Shown in pieces: positions 57,547-64,000 of a stretch of DNA of 64,000 nucleotides (its first letter is position 1; each line of letters begins with the position of its first letter). A model generated the notes under the pieces. It ran no database searches, was not told where the DNA came from, and saw only the letters and a list, made by a program, of their open reading frames with translations. The stretch covers positions 233,293-297,292 of the forward strand of contig OZ241963.1 in the NCBI GenBank assembly GCA_965204115.1, in the 5' to 3' direction. The stretch is from Minisyncoccota bacterium. GTDB lineage: Bacteria > Patescibacteriota > Minisyncoccia > Phycocordibacterales > JABAAK01. Position numbers and translations under genes: made by a program.

Positions 57547-59304
57547 ATGAAAAAGTCATTCATAGCATTTCGCCCATACCCGGGCATGTACAAAAAAGTA
57601 CCGCCGTCAGACGCCTGCCTGTTGCTCATTTTAATGAGCGTTCTTTTTGTGCAGATTGTGTTTCTTCTCACCGCTCTTAACAAAACTTTTTTGCATGAGT
57701 CAACAGTGCGTCGCGGAGAAATTAATGAGGGCGTTGTCGGTGTGCCGGTATACAAAAATCCTCTCTATGCGGATAACGCCGCTGAAAAAGATATCGCGGC
57801 ATTGATGCACGCCGGATTACTGAAGCGCACTATCGCCGGCGACTTCATGCCGCACCTTGCAAAAACATGGAAGCAGGCAAGCCCGACTAAGTACACATTT
57901 ACCCTGAGAGAAAATATTTCGTTTCACGACGGTTCCCTTATCACGACAGCGGATGTTCTGTACACCATTGATATGATTCAGCGAGAACAAAAATACAAAA
58001 ACTATTATCACGAAGCATGGGAAGGGGTGACTGTGGAAGCTGTGGATGATATCACCCTTTCGGTCACCATTCCGGAGGACAACCTCCACTTCCCCGAACA
58101 GTTCACTGCCCCAATTCTTCCTGAACATATTTGGAAAAAAATACCGACCGACAAGCAGCGCAACTATAACGGCTCAGGTGTGCACATCGGCGCGGGGCCG
58201 TATAAGTATAGCCGGGAGACGATAACGCTGGATGAGCGTCCGACAAATATAACTCTTGAAGAATTTTCCGGTTATGTCCTCGGCAGGCCATTTATCAAAA
58301 AAATCACCCTTCATTTTTTTGTTGATGTTGTCAACCTCTTGCAGGCGTATCAGGTCGGTATTATTGACAGTGTCTACGGCATTGCCGGCGGCGAGGCGGC
58401 GACCCTGCTGAAGCAGAAGAGAGAAGAGCGAATTAAGCTGCACACCATTAACACCAACCGTGTCTTTGGTGTATTTTTCAATGCTGAAGACGGTCGTATC
58501 CTGCAGGACTCTTTTCTTCGCAGTATTCTTTCTCACCTGGTTAAGCGTGAATATATTACCACGCAGATATTTAATGCTCACGCCACGCCAATACAGCACC
58601 CACTCCCGGCTGATACTGACATAAAAGAGCAGGACATAACGCCGGAAGTCATTAACCAGACACTGGATGACATTGGTTGGGATTTTGAATCCGCCGCCGG
58701 TCGCCGTGAGCAGGATGGTGTTCCGCTCAAAATTTTATTTGTCATTCCGGATATCAAAGAGGCGCGGGACATAGCAGACACCCTCAGCAAAGGGTGGCAG
58801 CGGCTTGGTATTGCAGTCACTATACAAGCTGTTCCGGAAGAAGACATCCCTGAAACTATTCAAGCGAAGAAGTTTGATGCGATACTCTATGGCTATGAAG
58901 CGAATACTGCGAAAGATTTGGTTGCACTGTGGAAATCCGGCGATCGCGAAAACCTCGCGTCAATCACCAGTTTCGGCAGCCCGACTCTTAATAACCTCCT
59001 TACTGATTTAGAGCAAATAGTCCCGCCAGACCGCCTTATTGAGCAGTTATCCCAGCCCTCTGATGACATTTGGCAAAATATAGTGTATGATGCTATTAAG
59101 GTAGAGATGATGAAAAATGTTCCGGCAATTTTCCTTTATTCGCCTCACTTTCTCTATATACTGCCCGAGAGTGTCAGTGGAGTAGGGCTGCAAAAAGAAC
59201 AGCAACCTCTCGGTAGAATAACAGACCCGAGTGACAGATTTATAAATGTGCATAAATGGCATATGCAGCAGGAGAAGGTTTGGAGACCCTTCATTGAGAA
59301 TTAA
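57547..59304 (+). CDS. ABC-transporter substrate-binding protein, family 5 (Opp/Dpp-like), membrane-anchored
   Basis: N-terminal TM anchor, then AKTWKQASPTKYTFTLRENISFHDGSLITTADVLYTI typical of SBP_bac_5. Start taken at MKKSFIAF (57547). Confidence 0.55.
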   Translation: MKKSFIAFRPYPGMYKKVPPSDACLLLILMSVLFVQIVFLLTALNKTFLHESTVRRGEINEGVVGVPVYKNPLYADNAAEKDIAALMHAGLLKRTIAGDFMPHLAKTWKQASPTKYTFTLRENISFHDGSLITTADVLYTIDMIQREQKYKNYYHEAWEGVTVEAVDDITLSVTIPEDNLHFPEQFTAPILPEHIWKKIPTDKQRNYNGSGVHIGAGPYKYSRETITLDERPTNITLEEFSGYVLGRPFIKKITLHFFVDVVNLLQAYQVGIIDSVYGIAGGEAATLLKQKREERIKLHTINTNRVFGVFFNAEDGRILQDSFLRSILSHLVKREYITTQIFNAHATPIQHPLPADTDIKEQDITPEVINQTLDDIGWDFESAAGRREQDGVPLKILFVIPDIKEARDIADTLSKGWQRLGIAVTIQAVPEEDIPETIQAKKFDAILYGYEANTAKDLVALWKSGDRENLASITSFGSPTLNNLLTDLEQIVPPDRLIEQLSQPSDDIWQNIVYDAIKVEMMKNVPAIFLYSPHFLYILPESVSGVGLQKEQQPLGRITDPSDRFINVHKWHMQQEKVWRPFIEN

Positions 59305-59313
59305 TGAACGAGT

Positions 59314-61095
59314 ATGGCAATACAAAAAAGAAACTATAAACGATCACAGCAAACACGATCAAGAGGCAAAACAGCTTCTGTAAAAAAACCAAAAAAAGTA
59401 TTTATTCCGAAACCGAGCAGAGGTGAGATTCGCACGCTTATATTCGGCGGCATATCAGAAATCGGTAAAAATATGTACGCTATTGAGTACAACAACAATA
59501 TCATTATATTGGAGTGCGGCACCATGTTCGGCGAGCGCAGTACCCCGGGTATTAGTGCGATTATGCCGAATATCCAATACCTCAAAAACAGAAAGCAGGA
59601 TGTTAAGGCGCTCATTGTCACCGACGCTTCAATGAAGCACATCGGTGCTATTCCTTATGCTATTCAGGATGTGGGCAGTCCGACTATATATACCAGAAAG
59701 CTCACTAAGGCGATTATAGAGAACCACCAAAAAACTCTCCGCAAAAAGCCGACTACAACATTCCATGAAGTTGAGGAAGCGGAGTCAGTTACTATCAACG
59801 ATGAAATCACGCTTCACTTCTTTGGTGTCACCAATGATGCGCCGAGTACTCTCGGTGTTCTTATAGAGACCCCTGTTGGCTGCATCGCCTACACCGGCAA
59901 CCTGAAGGTGAGCCACAATAAAGAGGTCATTCGCGCTGAAGAGGAGAAAGTGTTCAAAGCGGCGAAAGAGAAGGAGGTTGTTCTCTCTCTTGCTGACTCC
60001 GTCGGCTCAGAGCGCCCCGGCTTTGCTATCACTGACCAGGAGATCGCTGAAGAAATTGAACAGATGATACAAGAGGCGCCGTACCGCGTTATGACCTCTC
60101 TCTTCCCTTCCCAGATAAAAAGGAACGCGATGATACTGGAAAAAGCTCTCAAAGCCGGCAAGAAGACCTATATAGAAGGCGCACTTCTGTTGGAAAACCT
60201 CCAGACCGCCTGTGACCTCGGGATCGTGCAAGTGCCGAGAGAAGTGCTCATTCCCATACAGGAGATGAAAAAGGAGGAGGATGACGCTGAAAAAGTATTC
60301 ATCGCTTTTACCGCTGAAGAGAATGAAATCTGTGAAGCATTAGAGAGCATCTCTCGGGAAAGTTATCGATATACCTCCGTCATCACGAAAGATACTGTCA
60401 TATTTCCCTCACCGATGATTCCCGCGAATGCGCAGGCAATACAAAATCTCAAAGACCGTCTCTCTCGCCTCGGTGCGATAACCCGCTCGTATGACACAAG
60501 CGATGTCAGGGGCAGCGGACATGCTAACAAGAGCGAGCTCCGCTGGATGCACCAGCTCCTTGACGCGACATTCTTCATTCCTTTGCAGGGCTATCACTAT
60601 ATGCTTAATGCGCACACGCACATCCTTCGTGAACTTGGTATGGCACAGGACTCATTCGTTATACCTGAAAATGGTGTCATAATAGATATTAGCCCTGACG
60701 GTAAGGTCATCAAAAAACAAAAACAGCGGATGGAGACAACTGCAGTATCTGTTGACGGGCACACCCTCGCCCCGATACAGGAGGTTGTGGTGCAGGATCG
60801 TAATACACTTTCACAGGAAGGTATATTTATCATCATTGTCTTTGTTGACCGTAAAACACTTGAAGTTAAAAAATCCCCTGATATTATCTCTCGCGGTTTT
60901 ATATACTTGCGGGAATCACAGGACCTCATCGCGCGTGTCCGCATTGTCATTAAAAAAGCCGCTGAAAAAGAAATGAAAGAGACCGGTAAAATAGAAATTG
61001 ATAAAATGAAGAAAGCAATACAGAAAGAAGTGCAGACCTTTTTGGTGAATGAGACCAACAAACGACCGATTATTGTTCCGGTTATATTCACCTAA
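59314..61095 (+). CDS. RNase J paralog with a degenerate metallo-beta-lactamase active site (HxHxDH replaced by TDASMKH)
   Basis: Full RNase J architecture (MBL, beta-CASP with SGHAN, C-terminal domain). Aligned against the downstream copy, SHAHLDHIGG becomes TDASMKHIGA. Confidence 0.7.
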   Translation: MAIQKRNYKRSQQTRSRGKTASVKKPKKVFIPKPSRGEIRTLIFGGISEIGKNMYAIEYNNNIIILECGTMFGERSTPGISAIMPNIQYLKNRKQDVKALIVTDASMKHIGAIPYAIQDVGSPTIYTRKLTKAIIENHQKTLRKKPTTTFHEVEEAESVTINDEITLHFFGVTNDAPSTLGVLIETPVGCIAYTGNLKVSHNKEVIRAEEEKVFKAAKEKEVVLSLADSVGSERPGFAITDQEIAEEIEQMIQEAPYRVMTSLFPSQIKRNAMILEKALKAGKKTYIEGALLLENLQTACDLGIVQVPREVLIPIQEMKKEEDDAEKVFIAFTAEENEICEALESISRESYRYTSVITKDTVIFPSPMIPANAQAIQNLKDRLSRLGAITRSYDTSDVRGSGHANKSELRWMHQLLDATFFIPLQGYHYMLNAHTHILRELGMAQDSFVIPENGVIIDISPDGKVIKKQKQRMETTAVSVDGHTLAPIQEVVVQDRNTLSQEGIFIIIVFVDRKTLEVKKSPDIISRGFIYLRESQDLIARVRIVIKKAAEKEMKETGKIEIDKMKKAIQKEVQTFLVNETNKRPIIVPVIFT

Positions 61096-61112
61096 ATACA
61101 TTTACACTGCTT

Positions 61113-63044
61113 ATGCCAGAAAAAAGAAAAGTTACAACAAAAAAAACAATAGAGCGTACCGATAAGGATGCGGTCAATAAGAGTAAAAGTGCTCCTGCAA
61201 AAAAGAGTGCGTCAAAAAAAGCGACGAAGAAGCGACCGGATGCGCCGAAGAAAAAGGTGCCGTCAGGGCTCTATCAAAAACCCCTTCGCCGTCAGGGCGG
61301 ACTCATCGGCTCTCGAGAACTCACCGGCGGATTTGATGCTGAATCAACCTTGAATATACCACGACAAGAAAAAGGAGCCATCCGTGTTCTCTTCTTTGGC
61401 GGTGTCGGAGAAATCGGTAAAAATATGTACGGGATTGAGTATGAGGATGAGATCGTGCTCCTGGACTGTGGCATGAAATTTGCCCAGAACGACACTCCCG
61501 GCATTGACTTTATTGTTCCGAATATTCAATACCTTGAAGAACGGAAAGAGAAAATAAAAGGGCTTGTTATCTCTCACGCCCACCTTGATCACATCGGCGG
61601 TATTTCAGTTGTTATGAACAGGATCGGCAACCCGCCGATTTTCTCCCGCAAACTCAGCATAGAACTTATCAGGAATAGGCAGGGCGAATTTGAAAACAAA
61701 GAGGCGATTAAGTACCATGAGGTGGAGAAGAGTACTGTACTGAAGCTTAGCGATAATCTCACCCTCACCTTTTTCTCTGTTACGCACACCATCCCCGACT
61801 CAATGGGTATTGTTATAGACACCCCTGTCGGCGCGATTATCTTTACCGGTGATCTCAAGCTTACTCACGAAGATGGTGTTGTCGGCCCTGAAGAGGTTAA
61901 AGAATTTGCCGCGATTAAAAAGAAAAATGTTCTCTTAACGATGGCAGATTCAACCAATGCGGAACGCCCCGGCTTTTCCCTTCCGGAAAAGCGTGTGGTG
62001 GAAACCATCGGTAAAATAATTAAAGAAACCAAAGGCAGGGTTATCCTTTCCGCGTTTTCAACGCAGATAGAGCGCACCATCAGAGTTATTGAGCATGCCA
62101 TTGAAAATGGCAGAAAGGTAATTGTGCAGGGCAGGTCAATGATTACTAATCTTACCATCGCCTCGGAGTTGGGGCTTCTTAAAATACCACTCACTGCGAT
62201 TATCCCGGCTGAAAAAATGGGAGATTACCCGAAGGAGAAACTTCTCGTCCTTGCAACCGGCGCTCAGGGAGATAATTTTACCGCGATGGACAGGATGTCT
62301 CGCGGCACCCACCGGCATATTAAACTGGACAGTAAAGATACCGTTGTCTTTTCCTCCTCGATTATTCCCGGCAATGAAGAGCCCGTACAAAACCTCAAAG
62401 ACCGCCTTTCCAAACTCGGCGTGGATCTTATCACCTACCAAACAAGTGATGTCCATTCCAGCGGACATGCTAACCGTGATGAGCTTAAATGGATTCACGA
62501 AAACATCGGCGCAAAATTTTTCACCCCTATCCATGGTTACCACTTTATGCTCTCTGCGCATGCCCAAATTCTTCGCGATATCGGTATGCCTGAAGAAAAT
62601 ATCATTATTCCCAACAATGGCTCCATTGTGGATATTAATCCTGATGGGTCAGCAATTACTATGCAGGAGTACACCATGCCCACAGAGGTTATTGTTGTGG
62701 ATGGTAACGCCGTCGGAACTGCGCAAGCCGTTGTTCTTAACGATCGCATAACCCTTAAAGAAGAAGGTATTTTCGTTGTTATTGTTCTTATCAACAAGCG
62801 GCTTAAAAAAGTTAAAAAATCTCCCGATATTATATCCCGTGGCTTTGTCTATCTTAAAGAATCTCAACAGCTTATTAATCGTTCCCGTATGATTGCTCGT
62901 CGCTCTGTAGATCAATCTCTTCGTCGTGGCAGAATGATAAACCTTGACGCAATAAAACGAAACCTCATTCGCGAAACCCAAAATTATCTCTATAACGAAA
63001 CGAAAAAACGCCCGATCATCGTCCCTGTCCTCTTTGTTTCTTAG
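61113..63044 (+). CDS. rnj: ribonuclease J with a Lys-rich N-terminal extension
   Basis: VLFFGGVGEIGKNMY, intact ISHAHLDHIGG motif II, SGHAN beta-CASP motif. The first ~70 residues are K/A-rich. Confidence 0.8.
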   Translation: MPEKRKVTTKKTIERTDKDAVNKSKSAPAKKSASKKATKKRPDAPKKKVPSGLYQKPLRRQGGLIGSRELTGGFDAESTLNIPRQEKGAIRVLFFGGVGEIGKNMYGIEYEDEIVLLDCGMKFAQNDTPGIDFIVPNIQYLEERKEKIKGLVISHAHLDHIGGISVVMNRIGNPPIFSRKLSIELIRNRQGEFENKEAIKYHEVEKSTVLKLSDNLTLTFFSVTHTIPDSMGIVIDTPVGAIIFTGDLKLTHEDGVVGPEEVKEFAAIKKKNVLLTMADSTNAERPGFSLPEKRVVETIGKIIKETKGRVILSAFSTQIERTIRVIEHAIENGRKVIVQGRSMITNLTIASELGLLKIPLTAIIPAEKMGDYPKEKLLVLATGAQGDNFTAMDRMSRGTHRHIKLDSKDTVVFSSSIIPGNEEPVQNLKDRLSKLGVDLITYQTSDVHSSGHANRDELKWIHENIGAKFFTPIHGYHFMLSAHAQILRDIGMPEENIIIPNNGSIVDINPDGSAITMQEYTMPTEVIVVDGNAVGTAQAVVLNDRITLKEEGIFVVIVLINKRLKKVKKSPDIISRGFVYLKESQQLINRSRMIARRSVDQSLRRGRMINLDAIKRNLIRETQNYLYNETKKRPIIVPVLFVS

Positions 63045-63074
63045 TTGCGTGTGCTGTTGCTTGATCTCATTGCG

Positions 63075-63902
63075 CTATGAGCAGCCATTTCCGGAATCTT
63101 TCGCCCGAAATCCGATCAGTCCGGTTCGAAATACATCAATGCTCCGTAAATGCCCTTTTTCTGTAATGAACACTATCCGCACTCCTTCGTATACGCTTGA
63201 CATCCGCGCTGATGCCCCATTCGGCTCTGTGTTTTTGTATTGAGAGGTCTCCTTGTTCCCCGAAATGGTGACTGGCACGACATTTGCGTGCACCTCTCGG
63301 GACGGCTGTTCAATAGAAAGATGAATATCAAAATTATTCTGCGCTGTTTGTGCTGCGTTATACCCTGCTGCCGTCGGGTTTGGCACACTACAGAGCATGG
63401 AGTCAGCCGTACACGCTGTATCATTGTTTACCGTCAGTTGCTTTCGTGTATATCGCGACGCGCCCTCTTCATCAATGAAGCATACATCAACATAGTATTG
63501 CTCAGATGACCCCAGTCGCACTTGTCGTGAGTCCGGCACGACAGAATCACGCCCAAGCGCAAAAACTTCCCCTTCCGCAAAACTCGTGAATACTCCCGGC
63601 GCCTTCTCCAGCCGAAAAAGATCTACCACCCCATTACGCACTTTTAGTCGTACCACCTGAAATCCCCCCGCTGATACTATTGCGCTTCTTGAAAGATTTT
63701 CTGCTGCTCCCGATGATTCCTGCGCAAACCGAATATACTCTCCTACTTCTGCTATCCGCACTCGCAGTAACGACCGACTGGTGAAAGTTCCGTAATTAAT
63801 AAACACCGTCCCGATAATAATCCCCATAATAGCAATAGAAACTACCACTTCCATGAGCGTAAATCCGCTATGATTAAAAGGGGAAAGGTGCGCAGTTCGC
63901 AT
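63075..63902 (-). CDS. type IV pilin / pseudopilin-like protein (prepilin N-terminal cleavage/methylation motif)
   Basis: HSG|FTLMEVVVSIAIMGIIIG is the class III signal-peptide consensus (G|FTLxE plus a hydrophobic helix). Start taken at MRTAHL (63902) rather than 63938. Confidence 0.6.
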   Translation of the reverse strand: MRTAHLSPFNHSGFTLMEVVVSIAIMGIIIGTVFINYGTFTSRSLLRVRIAEVGEYIRFAQESSGAAENLSRSAIVSAGGFQVVRLKVRNGVVDLFRLEKAPGVFTSFAEGEVFALGRDSVVPDSRQVRLGSSEQYYVDVCFIDEEGASRYTRKQLTVNNDTACTADSMLCSVPNPTAAGYNAAQTAQNNFDIHLSIEQPSREVHANVVPVTISGNKETSQYKNTEPNGASARMSSVYEGVRIVFITEKGHLRSIDVFRTGLIGFRAKDSGNGCS

Positions 63903-64000
63903 ATATTCTTTATTATACGCTACCCTTGTTTCACCCAAGCGTCATGCATGCCACTTGTACTACGATGTTCGCAGGAAGGAGTGCTCGGCGATTATGCCGA

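Overview
This 64-kb window reads as a small, reduced bacterial genome segment. I infer a CPR/Patescibacteria-like organism from the short IF-2, Lys-rich tails on core proteins, the type-IV pilin gene and several secreted/surface gene clusters.

Core housekeeping genes are dense: ileS, recO, rsmI, rpmG, clpB, infB-rbfA, gyrA, rpsA, pth, lepB, rpsU-ybeY-ftsA-ftsZ-trxB, a Pif1-like helicase, rpoD, secG, two tandem RNase J genes, and seven tRNAs plus two tRNA-derived remnants.

The main departures from an ordinary core region are:
1. The first ~8.5 kb is strongly AT-rich compared with everything downstream and ends at a tRNA-Glu. It carries defence-type genes: an ImmA/IrrE-like metallopeptidase with an overlapping small two-TM protein, and a tightly packed four-gene minus-strand operon (N6-adenine methyltransferase, DUF262/GmrS-like + HNH nuclease, and two unknown proteins, one with an N-terminal PD-(D/E)xK-like motif). 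It also carries a SMUG-like uracil-DNA glycosylase.
2. The 28.5-38.8 kb region, next to a tRNA cluster containing a scrambled tRNA-Leu duplication, encodes a run of secreted or membrane-anchored proteins. Five of these are paralogous small two-TM (VirB2/TrbC-pilin-like) proteins interleaved with a lipoprotein peptidoglycan amidase, which is preceded by a strong promoter and a ~500-nt leader. A cytoplasmic VirD4/TraD-like ATPase with a ~390-aa charged disordered tail lies at 14.2-16.8 kb.
3. IleRS carries a ~200-aa histidine-phosphatase (RHG...H) domain inserted in its catalytic core.
4. The upstream copy of the two tandem RNase J paralogs has lost the HxHxDH zinc motif.
5. A HisRS-like paralog lacks class II motif 2.
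6. An AT-rich two-gene insertion (a 56-aa ORF plus a HEPN-like protein) sits directly 3' of tRNA-Tyr.
7. An 850-bp non-coding region upstream of rpoD holds at least five imperfect tandem repeat units with a conserved GTGGCTTTCGGCCAC hairpin and an ACACGAGG box.

No CRISPR array, integrase, transposase or rRNA was found. All calls rest on motif and architecture recognition by eye; no database searches were run.
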